Positions 25,976 to 38,880 of a DNA stretch of 64,000 nucleotides are shown piece by piece. The DNA comes from Mobula hypostoma (taxonomy: Eukaryota): NCBI RefSeq assembly GCF_963921235.1, contig NC_086109.1, positions 30,320,001-30,384,000 of the forward strand, in the 5' to 3' direction. A model generated the notes under the pieces. The model ran no database searches, was not told the origin of the DNA, and saw nothing but the letters and a program-made list of their open reading frames with translations. Every line of letters starts with the position of its first letter. Within the stretch, counting starts at the first letter, position 1. Both the position numbers and the translations under genes were made by a program.

Positions 25976-26984
25976 GCAACATACCTGTAGTCGATTGTCT
26001 ACATTTAATTAATCACAGTCCCTATTTCATTCAATATATCATTAAAGCATGGATTCTTCCTCTCCTGTCAGTCTTCAATGTGAATTCTACTACCAAGCTG
26101 AAATGCCAGTGCTTGAACAGGAAAATTTTCTCCACTTTTGTTCTTGGAGACTAGACCAAACATTCTTCCAAATATATGATGTGACCAAATACAGATTTAA
26201 GCTCTTTGCCAGCAATGAATATTATCCAAAACTTAGAGCAGAGTTTGTATCTGTTGGTGGGTGATCTGAGAATTGAATATCTGTACTCTGTTTGATTCGA
26301 ACAGATGGGTAATGTATGAACTTTTCACATCACTCAGTTTTGCAAGTAACATATCCAAGTTTATCATAGAAGTTGTATTTTTTTTCTTGAATTCTGCTCC
26401 AAGTAAAAGCCTGCCATTTGTGATTTTGCATCTTTAGTTATACCATTGTTCTTGATGAAACCCGAGCATCTAACTTTTATATATATTAACTCAAACATCT
26501 GAAATCTACTTGCCTCTTTAGTCCCTAATGTTGACAGGGTTTACAGTGACTGATCACTCAATAAATAGATATTGAAGCCTCACTACTCTGCCCTAATCCC
26601 TTAGATTTCAACTGTTTTCTATGTCTATTTACTTCTGAGCCTTCACCTAAACTGAAGTATTTCTGTCTATTTGTAACCTAATTTTGGATCCATCTTTGGA
26701 GAGTTCTTCTGAATTGTGTTGTTCTGATGGAATGTTTCAAATTTCAAGGACCCCAGGTCCTTTGGAAACACTGTAAGAACATCAAACAGTGCATCATAGG
26801 AGGAGACCCCTTGTCCCACAAAGTTTGCATCCACCATGAGGCTAAATTAAAATAAGCCCAACTGCCTGCGTGTGAGCATTTAGTGTTGCTGTATCTCAGC
26901 TCCATGGACCTTACACTGATCATAGACTTGGGTCTCTATGTTGGGTTTACACACTCTTCCTCCCACAATCATATGAGATTCCAC

Positions 26985-27510
26985 TCTTGGAATATTGTGC
27001 TCAGTTCTGATCACATTATAGGAAGGATGTAGAAGATTTAGAGAGGATCCTGAGGAGGTTTACTAGAATGCTGCCTGAACTAGAGGGAATGTCTTTTGAT
27101 AGGTTGAACAAGCTCGGGCTGTTCTCTTTAGAGTGAAGGAGAATGAGAGGTCACTTGCTAGATTTTTATAGGGTGATAAGAGGCATAGGTAGAGTGGATA
27201 ACCAGAGCCTCTTTCAGAGGCCAGAAAGGCTAATGCAAGGGTGCATTATTTTAAGGTGTTTGTTGGGGGGGGGGGATGTTAGAGGTACTTCACACAGAGA
27301 GTGGTAGGTGCATTGAACAAACTCCCAGGGATGGTGGTAGAGGTAGATACATTAGGGACATTAAAGAAACACTTGGATAGGCACATAGATGATAGAAAAA
27401 TGAAAGGCTATGTAGGACGGAAGGGTTAGGTTGATCTTAGAGTAGGTTAAAAGATTGGCACAACATTGTGGGCTAAAAGGACTGTACTGTGTTATAATGT
27501 GCTATGTTCT
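26985..27510 (+). mobile_element. CR1 3' fragment
   Basis: LEYCAQF*SHYRKDVEDLERILRRFTRMLP, followed by a 3' UTR ending CTATGTTCT. Confidence 0.85.
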
Positions 27511-27574
27511 CCAAGTTGTGGCTGTTCTCACATATAGAGAGACAAATTTACTGCCTGTTGAGAATTACACAGTA

Positions 27575-27850
27575 AAGGAAAATCAAAGTATTGTAGGTGC
27601 TGGAAATACGAAATAAAAACATAAAATATTGTAAGCACCCAGCCTGCCATGCAGCATCTGTGTAAGAGAATCAGTTAATATTTCAGGTCAAAAACCCATT
27701 TCAAAACTGGGTCAATAAGAAGACAAGAGATGCCTCCCACTTACCCTGCAGATTGATGCTAACCTCTTTAGCCTGAAACATTAACACAACTTCTCTTTCT
27801 GCAGATGCTACCTGAATGCAGAATGTTTCCAACATTTTCTGTTTCATTTC
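27575..27850. repeat. Old palindromic PLE-terminal-repeat derivative
   Basis: GTAGGTGCTGGAAAT...GCAGCATCTGTG is inverted relative to GCAGATGCTACCTGA...TCCAACATTTTCTG. Confidence 0.6.
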
Positions 27851-29794
27851 TGTAAATTACTCCTATTCTATGTGTGGCAAAGCAGCCAAAGAGGAATCAA
27901 TCATATTGTGAGATTGAATACATTGCGGAGGCTAAAGGGAAATTGGAAGAAGGAAATAGAACCAAAAGGATCAGGGACAGACAGGGACAAATCTGATGGT
28001 CCAAATGATGAACTCCAGTGCCTTAACAGGAAAGTACTGTAACTGCATACAATAGACCATTCCAATGTGTTGGTAGACCTCACATGTCTAGACTAGATTA
28101 ACTGCAAACCTATGATTACTTTTTTGTGTTTGCATTGTATACTTTCAATTAAACCTGTTACAACCATGTCAAGCTTAATTGTTCTACTAACCCAGGCTGA
28201 CCTTCCATCTCTTGCAATTCAAAATATAATTACTTATTTATGTATTATCTAATACTCATTTATTGTTATTGCTGGGCTGCTAATCATTGGCACGTTGCAG
28301 GTGAGGATACACCAGAGCTGAAATTCAGCCCAGCAAGAACATTTAATATTTTATGTCCCTTTCACTGCTGGGTCTGTGTTGTGACTTGTATATAACAGTG
28401 CAGTCAAGAAAAGGTAGGATATTTTAAAAATACCATTGTCTCTCTTCTGGTATCATCTCAGTCTCCCAGTTAACCAAGCTGTGGGGAAGAAAAGGAGAAA
28501 TAGGGCAAAAACAAAATGGCATGGATTTAATAAATTCCACTGTAGTGACTCTTACAGACTTGAAAGTTCAGAAAGAGTACTTTCAGTTTATCTATTTTCC
28601 CACAGGACTGTATGTAGGAAAATGCAAAACTGGATTGCTGCCATTTCGGTTCAGCAGATGACTTGTCACTCAGAAAAATGTCAGATGCAAATTAATATGA
28701 AGGAAAATGGATGGGAGCATCAATAAGTAGATAGATTACTGTACTCAAAAATAGTTTTCTAAAGTAATAGGTGATAAATACTGTATATTGAACTTGTGAT
28801 TCAAATGAAGAGAACACAAGCCAATCGATTCTATCACTGAGTGCAGTATCATGAGCTGGTATTAAAAAGAAAGCAAGATGAAAACAAAGCAGACTTTCTC
28901 CAGGGACTTGGAGGAAATTTCCATTTCAAAAACAATCTTTAATTGGATTTTTTTTTTGAAAGAAAAAGTAGCAAATTTGTGACAAGGATGATTTGATTGA
29001 AGAAGGCTAAAAGAACTTAGTTAGGAAAAGCAACTGCGCAACCTTGCCAAATAAATGGGTGTTCGGAGAATTGCTCTAATAAATTCACAGTATTGGAACA
29101 AAACAAACCACAGGAGTTTTCCCTTAATGGTACTGAGGGAAGGCAGCAGAACTTCGTTGCATCATCTCTAGTTATTTTCTCACAAGTAGAATTATATTAG
29201 TGTTTCAGGGTCTTGGTGTGATAATGTTGGTGATTAATCAAACATACTAAATTACGACTTGTCTGCTAATCTGGCTATTTGATTATTATTTTAAAACTGG
29301 CAATTTGAATAATTTGTTCAGATAATATATTGCCAAGAGAGATAAAATACTAAAGGTAATAGAGTTTCCATGTTGAGCGTTATCTGGAATCCTGGAGTTA
29401 ATTACAATTTTAAGTTGTTCTGGTTTTTTTAAAGGTGATTTTTCTCTCGAATATTTGTAAAGGTTTTCATGAACCATTATGATTAGGCAATCTGCCCAAA
29501 CATAATTTTAGTAAAATTACTGACATTAAAATAATACTTGTTACATTTCGAAGTGATTACCTGTGTGTAGCCCAGTTTAATTTTTTTTTTAAAAAATGTA
29601 TAGTTGTATCCTTGTGTTTAAAAATAAATCAATTTAATTTCAAGGCCATCTTGAAAGGTTAGCAAATGTACACAATTAGTGGAAACTCAATGTGACAATT
29701 AATTTAGTCTTGAGAGTGTGGGCAGTCTACTGACAGGCTGAGATCCAGTTTACTCGGATGCTGGTAGTTTTTTTTTAAATCACTGCAAAGAAAT

Positions 29795-30003
29795 GGGGAA
29801 CACATGTAAAATACTGGAGGAGCTCAGCAAATCCAGCTGCATCTATAGAGGGGAATAAGCTGTCAATGTTTCAGCCTGAACCTCTTCATCAGAACTGGAA
29901 ATGAGGGGGAGGAGGTGTAAAGAGCTGCCTGTCTTGCTGAGTTCCTCTAGCACCTTGTATGTGTTGCCCAAAATTTCCAACATCTGTAGAGTCCCTTGTG
30001 TTA
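29795..30003. repeat. Palindromic PLE-terminal-repeat derivative with minus-strand hammerhead-like core
   Basis: Inverted arms; the reverse complement of about 29860-29897 reads GTTCTGATGAAGAGGTTCAGGCTGAAACATTGAC. Confidence 0.7.
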
Positions 30004-30254
30004 AAGAAATGGGGAAACTCAATTTTAGCTGAGCGGAATTTCATTGTTAAACACCCCAGCTTTACTAACTTTAGATAAATTGCATGGAAATAACAAGGGG
30101 CAATCTTGTAACTTTGGTAATAGAACTCCAAGCTCCCAAGTACGTGGCTTCAAATCTCAGAGTTAAACATGTCACCTGTTGTCATTGAGTTAATCATGTC
30201 AGTCTCCACCGTACAGAAAGCGAAATGAAGCAGGAAGCTCCAAACAAACATTAA

Positions 30255-30450
30255 AACAAGAATGACACACAATCCACTGGAAGAACACAGTAGGTTAAGC
30301 AACATCAGTGGGAGGAAAGAAATTGTCAATATTTTGAGTTGAAACACTGCGTCAGGACAATTTCTTTCCTCCCACTGATGATGCCCTGAGCTTTCTCTGT
30401 GGATTGTGTGTTGCTCCAGGTTCCAGCATTTGATGTCTCTTGCATTTCCA
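30255..30450. repeat. Palindromic PLE-terminal-repeat derivative
   Basis: CATCAGTGGGAGGAAAGAAATTGTC is a perfect inverted repeat of GACAATTTCTTTCCTCCCACTGATG. Confidence 0.75.
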
Positions 30451-31379
30451 TTAAATCAAAATCTATTCTTATCAATGCCTTTATGCAGAGATCCTTCTTA
30501 ACTGATCATATAGCGGAAAGCACACCCTGAACTGAAAGTTAAAACCTTAGAAACCGATAAATGCTCAATCCCATTGCAGAAATTGGAAGAGAATTGTCAA
30601 CCCATTAATTAAAGCCATTGTGTTTTGTCAGATTTTGATTTGTGGAGCGAAGATGAAAATATGAGTAATAAATGCCATCATTTATTGGGATGGGGGCATG
30701 TGCTAATGAAAGTAAGGTGCAGAGTTATTTATAACGGACTATGAACAATGGGGGTTTAACATTCAAATGTTTTGATTCATGGCAGTATGACTGAAGAACA
30801 AGTTCTGTTAGCATATTTGATAGTGCCTTGGCATCCAGAGGTTTCCCAAATCGGTGTCAGTTGTAAAATTACTCAATTTCTTTTATTGTCTCATCATACA
30901 AATACTTTTTCTTTTGATGTGACATTTTTCATTGGTATGACAATGCAAATGGGACTATTATGTCAAGGCACATATTTCAGTGAAGGCAACCATTTATGTA
31001 CACAGTGTGTCACTGGAGAGAACACCAATGGGAAGCTACTAAAGCAGCCAATGCTAGTATATCCAGAAAATTAACAAGTTCAGAAAGGAATAGATATGAT
31101 GGCTTCAAAACTGCTAACGCAATTTGGGATTAATTTGAATAGACTTTAATTTTTTGTATGGATATCCTTTAAGAAGTGATTATTGGACTGGAATAAACAG
31201 CACATTTTAATGAATATTTATTCAGATTCACTAAGATGGACCCAGCAAGTGAGCACAAGCTGTTAATGCATGTATCACGAGAAAGTTTACACATCATGGA
31301 ATACTCAATATGGTGCTGTTTCTCACTGCTTTTTGGACAGTGAGGCAATTGTATCCATTTATATAATCACAAATATTTT

Positions 31380-31698
31380 CAAGGAGACTCTGATCTCAAA
31401 CCTCTGCTACCTTGAGGCTATACCCACACATGGTGGAGGCTTCAAGAGTAAACCCTGAGGTAAAAATTTGAATGTGGAGTCCCTAAGGCAGTCCTATGTT
31501 GAGTTCAATGCTGACTGGCAGCTCCTGCGATGCTGCTGGTGCCAGTCTCTGCTGTTCCTTTGGGTTCATCAGATGCTTGGAGAGGGGGAGTTTGCTATGT
31601 GGGCAACAGCTTGCTCTCCATATTGTGTTGCCGTGGCTTGCATATCTAGACAGCTAGGACACAACATCCATGGTCAGCCCTGACCTACGGAGGCCTTC
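31380..31698 (+). mobile_element. Probable RTE-related non-autonomous retroelement
   Basis: GC-richer unit with an RTE 5'UTR-like start (CTCTGATCTCAAACCTCTGCT...TAAACCCTGAGG); pattern recognition only. Confidence 0.4.
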
Positions 31699-32784
31699 GA
31701 AATTTTAGGGAAGTCATAGAAGGTGCAATTTGGAAACTTTCATGTCTGCATTCTGTCAGTGAATCCTTGCCAGTGGTGAGATGTGTAAATATTGACTGAA
31801 AAAATTGGTACTCTCAATTAGGAAGAAAGAACTGTCACAAAGAGTAGAAGTTTTCTGGAAGAAAGGCACTGAACTAGCCTGGAAAAGTGGGTAGCATTGC
31901 AAATCAGACTCAGAGCAGGACAAAGGAAATGTGTTCTAAAAGACTGCCTGCCAATCTCTTATTTGGAGATATTTCTTTTCATTACATAACCTTAAGCTAT
32001 GTTTCATCATGTCTGTCAAGACAGAAATGAAGGCTCAGTGTTCTCAACTGTACAAGGTGATATTCAGAAAGTGACAGTCTGACAGTTAACTCATACATGG
32101 GGAAGAGCGGTGAATATGTTATGGTAGAGAATTGCAGACAATAAAAGAACAAAATCTATTTCTTTTATTAATTATCAAATGTTATATCTTTAAAATAAAA
32201 AAGTCCTTTAAACCACAATTATTTGACTTCTTGAAATGACGAGTATTGGTACTTTGTTCTATTGTGCCAGCCACTGTTATTTCCCATCAAGTGCTACCTT
32301 GCTGGCAGTTTGTGACACTTCTTCTCTGACTTTGCAGATAGTCACACTCAATTAATCAATCCACTTAGAAACCAATGTGAAAGTTGTCCTAAGTAAATAC
32401 TTCCTTCCATCAGCACTGATTATGGACATCCTCTTGATGCATTATCAGGAAATATTCAAGCATCCAGTTGGCTCTGAATAGTGTATAATTTTCAGACAGA
32501 ATTTAGACAATGGAAAATTTTCCACTTGAGATCTGTCATTGTGTACCAAATGGATTTTCAAGCACTAGTTAAACTTTAGCCACAGGCAGGCAGACTTGGT
32601 GGTATGGGAGGAGCTGATGCATTCTTATGCTGATTTCAATTTTGCCAGCATTGTTTTTTCTCCTTGTAATGTTTCCATAATAATGATTCCGGCAATTTAT
32701 TTTATCAGCATTAAGCCAGCAGTCTGCCAGTTATTGAAATATAAATGATTTATTCAAAGGATGTGGAATGATTAATGAATGCAA

Positions 32785-32962
32785 TGCACACTCAAGGTTT
32801 TGGAACAACTCAGCAAGTCAAGCAGCATCTATGACGGGAATGTTTTGGTCTGAAACATTGACTATGAATTTCCCTCCACGGATGCTGCTGACCTGCTGGG
32901 TTCCTCTAGCATTTTGTGAGAGGTCCTCTGGATTTCCAGCATTGCAGAATCTCTTGTGTTTG
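32785..32962. repeat. Palindromic PLE-terminal-repeat derivative
   Basis: AACTCAGCAAGTCAAGCAGCATC is inverted relative to GATGCTGCTGACCTGCTGGGTT. Confidence 0.7.
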
Positions 32963-33009
32963 GGACATGATTATTTTCCCCTTTCCATTTTGGTGTAGCA
33001 CAAAAGATC

Positions 33010-33450
33010 TGGATGGGTCCACCAGGTCCTCCTAAGCTCATTTTGCTCCTGTCCAGCTGGTTGCCACATAAGTTGTAGCCTTGACAACAATCCCTGGAAA
33101 TCTCTTGGACAGCCCAAATCCCTTGACACTGGTCTCCCTGATATAGTCAAGCCTCAGAGCCTACCACACCCAGTTGTAGATCGCCAGCGACTACTGCTAC
33201 AAGGGTTTGAGACCCTCCCATCACTGCAACACTGGACAGAGTTTGCGGCCCTGTTCACCCTGGAATCTGGGACCCTCCTAAATATAGAAGGCGAGGTCTA
33301 CCCACGACTGAAGCTTAGCAACCACTCTCCTCCTCCTCCACCACCAAAGTTCTGGAGCTTGGAAACTTGCTGACACCATGACCTAGCATACTTCCAAAGC
33401 AGCACCTCCACATCCTCCCAAAGCTAAAATTAGGGACTCTTCCAATGTTG
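33010..33450 (+). mobile_element. Possible ancient RTE LINE relic
   Basis: Weak similarity of GTLLNIEGEVYPRLKLS..TTKVL to RTE LGSLLS..IDDEIxHRL..TK. Confidence 0.3.
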
Positions 33451-33829
33451 TGCTTCTGGCCCTTTCGGGATCCAGAACACTCCCAACTCCAAGCTCAGTA
33501 TCAGGGATAAGTGACAAGTTTCAGGGATCAGTGACCAAGTGGCAATTGACCTGTTCTTTTGGCCATCAGTTCCAGACACTGTTCCTTATCCATCTCTGGG
33601 CCCCTGTGGAACTGCGCCATCAGGTATGGTTCTGTCACTTTACATTGCTGGCAAGTGCAGGTCTATTACTCTGTAAAGTACTGAAAGACATGGGTGGAAA
33701 GGTGATTAGTGAACCAGTGAGAAGGCTGAAATGCAGCAGTGACTGGGCCATGAAACAGTAAACTTGGAATCAGGAAACAGTGTAACAGGGTGGAGTGAGA
33801 GCAATGGCAAAATGCCTTTAAACAGAATT

Positions 33830-34270
33830 TAAAGTACATCAAAGTCCAGGATTTTTTCCTTTGCAGAAGTACACGTATACATAGGTGGAAGGAAAAGCTT
33901 ACTTGCAGCAGTGATACATAGCATCAGAAAGGCAGCAAATAAAACAATATACCATTTTTTCAAGAAAGAACACAATTACAAAAACACAACAACGTCCAAT
34001 TTAGTTCTATATGATCCACGTCACCATTATGTTGCTGAACTGCGGAGATTAAGGTTGATCAGTTGTTTCAAGAGCTGAATATTTGAAGGAAAATGGTTAT
34101 TCTTGAACTTGGTGATGTCGGACTTCAGGCTTCAGTAACTGCCCAGTGACGGCTATAAAAAGCTGACATGGCGTTTGATGTCTGTGTGCGCCTCCTGGAA
34201 TTACTATGAAGGGATGTGCCCATGATGTATTGGGCTGAGTCCACAACTTTTTTACAGCTTTTTAGATCCC
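33830..34270 (-). mobile_element. Rex1/Babar 3' fragment
   Basis: TTCTTGAACTTGGTGATGTCGGACTTCAGGCTTC is the reverse of the Rex HxTRFRNS region seen in other copies. Confidence 0.65.
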
Positions 34271-35967
34271 CTTATGTATTGTTAAAATAACTTGTTAATA
34301 TAAGTGGCCCTTAGAAGTGGTCTGAATTGTCTACCTGGTCTTTCCTATAGAATGAAGAGGTATACCTTTGCTCAGCTGTGAGAAAAGAATTTCTTACATC
34401 AACGAGCTTTGCTTTTCCTTTATTTCATTGGACAGCTCGAACAGTTAGTTGAAGGAGAAACTTTTTAGAGTTCCATATTCACATGTAAATGTGATGTGAT
34501 TTTTCTGGCATGTTCATGGAGTGATTTCTCCCTAACATGTGATGCAACTAGTCATAAATACCCGGACACAAATATCCTGTATATTCCTCTGCATTTTGCA
34601 GGTATGTTCATGTATGAAGTGCCTACTTCATACTTTTTAACATTGTATCATAAATGCTCTTTATTATTTGTTAACTTATTTGTGGCAATATGACTTTGTG
34701 TTGTGTGTGAGTTATATGTACTGAATCGTGCACCTTGGTCCAATGGAACGATGGCTTGTTTGACAGAGTGCAGGAGTATGGTTGAACGTCATTGAAGATG
34801 AACTTGACTTGATTCTGATTCTGGAACTTGACTTCAACAATGTTAAGATGCAAGGCTAGAAATTGCTTTGCTTCCTTTCAATGGTTTTTAAGCAGCATTG
34901 TGAATTATACCAACTCTGATCCTGAAAGTCACAGAGAGTGAGAATGTGAAAGGTGAAGTTCACAAAATGATAACATGTCACAGTCAGTATTGAATCCATC
35001 AGATGCAATGTCTGTATCCTTTTAACCATTCTGTATTAAATTGATATTTTTTGATGATCTCTATAACTTTAGCAGTAATGTTTCCCATCTCAGTCTCTCA
35101 CTTTCCCTATCAAATTGCTCACGTACATCCATTTCGATGTCCGAGCTCCCACCCTGGTCGTTCTGTATAATCATGCACTGCATTAACCCTGATATTCTTC
35201 TCCAGTTAAAATCTTTGTCCTTTTAGAAGCCATCTTCTTCAATGTGCTTATCTTGCATGTACACTCAAACATATATCTTGTGCATTCATTAATCTAGATT
35301 GAATTTTCATCTCTGTTAGACTTCATACAAGCTTCCTCTGCTGCACTCAATTCAGGAAAGTGCCAGAATTACAAAGTTGAGATTTATTCTTCAACAGCAC
35401 TGTATAATTACTAACAATCTCTCACCAACCTTGCTTTCTTTTCCAGCATTTGAAAATTTCTACCATCTCTGGGGCTGATGGATTAAAGTGATTCTGCAGC
35501 CTCATTAAACAGAACAATTTCATATTGCCTGGAGGTCTGCTAAAGTAACAGAGGCAACCAAACCTATTTGTATTCATAAGGTTGCTTTCTAACATTCTTG
35601 CATGCTTCATTTCAAGTAAGCACCATTTTGCCTTTGCCCAGAAAAAAAAGTCTTCATTCTACAAAGAATTGAGGTGCTACATTACTTTATCAAAGACGCT
35701 AAACCTCCTAATATAGCTGAATTGGGAAGTTATTTTTTATCATCTCTGTTTTGGCAGTTTCAAGGCTTTACTCAGTGATTCCACACATTAGCCTTTAATT
35801 CTCCTGTGCTCTGTTCAGTGCATGATTCCTATTGTTTCCAGTCTATATTTTGGCATTACAGCGACTCACCCCACCACCATAAGTTATCAGCCACCTGATG
35901 CATTTGATGACTGCACTACTTCAGCAGACTAATTCTTTTTCAGAGGGAACCAACATAGTCACAGAAG

Positions 35968-36162
35968 ATACAAGAGATTCTGCAGAAGCTGGAAATCCAT
36001 TTTGTGTATCCACAAAATGCTGGAGGTTATCAGGCCAGGCAGCTTTAATGGAGGGGAACAGGTCAACGTCCTGACGAAAGGTTTGGCCCAACACATCAAT
36101 GGTTTATTCCCCTCCATAGGTGCTGCCTGACCTGCTGAATTCCTCCACCACTTTGTGTGTTA
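35968..36162. repeat. Palindromic PLE-terminal-repeat derivative inserted in a SINE
   Basis: Inverted arms around GTCCTGACGAAAGGTTTGGCCC. SINE sequence CATAGTCACAG (about 35953) resumes as GGTCACAGGGAGAA at about 36167. Confidence 0.7.
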
Positions 36163-36719
36163 CGCTGGTCACAGGGAGAAAGGGTAAACTCCACAGACAG
36201 TTCCTGGGATCAGGATTGAACTACAGGCTCTAGTGCTGTGTCGCTGCTGCCCTGCCAGCTGTGCCATGCTTGTGGCTTGGCAGTGGAGTAACAAACAGAA
36301 TGTGCAAAGTCAGGCCACATGAAACATAAAGAGTGTTAAAAGCTTTATCTCTGATTTATTTGCCGTTCTGAAACAGAGCACAACATTACACACATGATCA
36401 ACTGTGACTTGACACTTGGTTACCCGTTGTATTGAAAGAAAGGCCAATATGTAAGATGGCAGGTGAATTTATTTCAATAAATGGCTTGTGGAGCAAAGGT
36501 TCTTTAATTAACAGTGTGCTGAATAGCAACAGACCCATTCCATATTACTGAGGTGCGAACTCTTTGCTCTGATTTGCTCAGTATGTACTGACAATTTCCA
36601 CGATTGCAGATTACTATTCTGTTGGAGCAAAAAAGTAACATTCAAAGTGTTGTTAGTGTACTTGTGTTTCCTATGACATGGAGATTATTTGGCGCATTGG
36701 ATCTCTTCCAGATGTCACT

Positions 36720-37540
36720 GGAATCCAATCAATCATGCACCACATATTTACTGGTAACTCATTACCACTTATATGTTTATCAGCTTAGTCCAGATTCTCC
36801 TACTACCCACATGCACTAGAACTATCTATCAGAATGACTTGGGACCTCAGAGGAAACTAGAATGCCCAGGGGAAAGTCCCATGGTTAAAGAGGGAATGTG
36901 CAAACTCCACACTGACAGAATCCAAAGTCTGGATCAAACTTGGGTCAATGAGACAACAGAACTACCCCCTGTGTCACCCATTGCATTAAAGCATGGTATT
37001 CATTTGTTTAGTGTAATTACTTCACAGTACCAGTGATTACCAATTGCCGTTCGATTCCCACTGCTGTCTATAAGGAGTTTGTATGTTCTCCATGTGACCG
37101 CAAGGATTTCCTTCCACATTCCAAAGGAGCACAGTTAGGGTTACTGAGTTGTGAGCCTGCTACGAAGATGCTCTCGTACTACTCTGTGTTTATCCTCTGT
37201 TCCATTCACCCACATCTGCAGTAAAACAAATCTTTTATTCTTAAAGATTTTAAAGATAGCGATTAGTATTATTTGTCACATTTGCGTCAAAACACACAGT
37301 GAAATGCATCATCTGTGTCAAATCAAATCAGCAGGGATTGTGCTTCTGGCGCCAATTTAGCATGCCCACAACTCACCCACCCTAACCGTATATCTTCTGG
37401 AAAGTGGGAGGAAACTGGAGCACCCGGAGGAAATCCATGCAGTCATGGGGAGAACGTACAAACCCCTTACAGGCAGCCTCTCAAATCCAATCTCGATCTT
37501 ACAGCTGGTGCTGAAGGTATTGCTACTGTGCCGCCCCAAG
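36720..37540. mobile_element. Cluster of three tRNA-derived V-type SINEs (about 36720-36985 minus, 36985-37225 plus, 37240-37540 minus)
   Basis: B-box-like GTTCGATTCC at about 37049; cores TAAGGAGTTTGTATGTTCTC and GGAGGAAACTGGAGCACCCGGAGGAAATCC. Confidence 0.75.
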
Positions 37541-37914
37541 GTAATAAAGCAATTAACATTCCCGTGCCAAATGTTCTCATCCAAATATTCTTGAGTTGAC
37601 TAGTACACCTTGAGCAAGCAGCTCCAAGTCAATAACTCTCGTGCATCTGGTCTTCTGAGTCTCGTATTTTGGTCAGTTATCTCAGCCGGCTTACCAAGTT
37701 ACATTCATTGTGTGTTTTATCAGCATAGATTGCATTTTTAAAATTGTAGCTTTCACATTTAGTAGGTTTATAGAACTGCAGCTGATATCAGTACTGTTTT
37801 TAAAGCTCTCAAGTCATCCCATATAATCATGATAACGCAAAAAAAGAATATGGTAAGCTGTTAGTTATGGTTGGTGCATTTAAAAAAAAAACTTGCCTCT
37901 CCATTAACTTGTAT

Positions 37915-38510
37915 CTCAGAACCACACCTTAAACAGAAATCTACATGAACAATTGCATACCTCATCCATGCCGACTGTGATTAGGCCCATATCCCTCCAC
38001 TCTTCCACTCCCTCTGGTCTCCAAGTGCCTTTTTTAACATGATAATGTTATCTGCCTCCACTGTTTTGTCTCAAAGCTTTTTCCTCTATGTGCAAAACAT
38101 GCCCTCAGATCTCTTTGAAGTAACTTTCCTTTCACCTTAAATCTATGCCCTCTAGTTCTAGATTTCACTGTCTTGGTGGGGGGAGGGGGGGAAGTTTCTC
38201 ACTATCATGCTGCTTCTCATAACTTTATGAACTTTTGTACGGTCACTCTTCAGGCTCCAACGTTCAATGAGAATAGACCCATCCTATCCAATCTCCCGTT
38301 TTAACTCCAGCCTCTAATCCAGGAAACATTCCAGTGGATCTCTTCTCCAGCTCTCTATTACTATTGATGCTTCCAATCATGTGACTACCAGAACTACACA
38401 CAATACTCTAAGTGCAGTCCAACGATGTTTATGCAACTGCAAGATGACATCTCATCTCTAAAACTCAGTGCATTATCCGATGAGAGCAAGTGTACAAAAT
38501 ACCTTTTTCA
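37915..38510 (-). mobile_element. Old CR1 3' fragment
   Basis: CCAGAACTACACACAATACTCTAAGTG is the reverse of the HLEYCVxFW motif. Confidence 0.75.
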
Positions 38511-38532
38511 GTACTCCAATAATTAAATTAAA

Positions 38533-38880
38533 GCATGGTAGTGCGGCAGTTAGTGTAATTTCTTTACAGTGCCAGTGATCATCAATCAGGGTTCAACTCC
38601 CCCCGCGGTCTGTAAGGAGTTTGTATGTTCACCATGTGCCCACATGAGGTTCCCCGGGTACTCTGGTTATCTTCCACATTCCAAAGGTGCACAGTTAGAG
38701 TTACTGAGTTGTGGGCATGCTACATTGGCAACAGACTCTTGGTGACACTTAGGGCTGAACCAACACAATCCTTGGACTGTGTCAGTCGTTGATGCAAAAT
38801 CAATGCATTTCACTGCATGTTTGGATGTTGTGATGTACATATGACAAATAAATTTTATTGCTTTCTCTCTTTAATCTTGT
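38533..38880 (+). mobile_element. Full-length tRNA-derived V-type SINE with Rex-like tail
   Basis: A-box-like TGGTAGTGCGGCAGTTAG, B-box GGTTCAACTCC, V-type core, tail TGCATTTCACTG...GACAAATAAA. Confidence 0.78.

Noticed and set aside
38533..38610. tRNA gene
   Set aside because: The A/B boxes belong to a SINE head; no cloverleaf.
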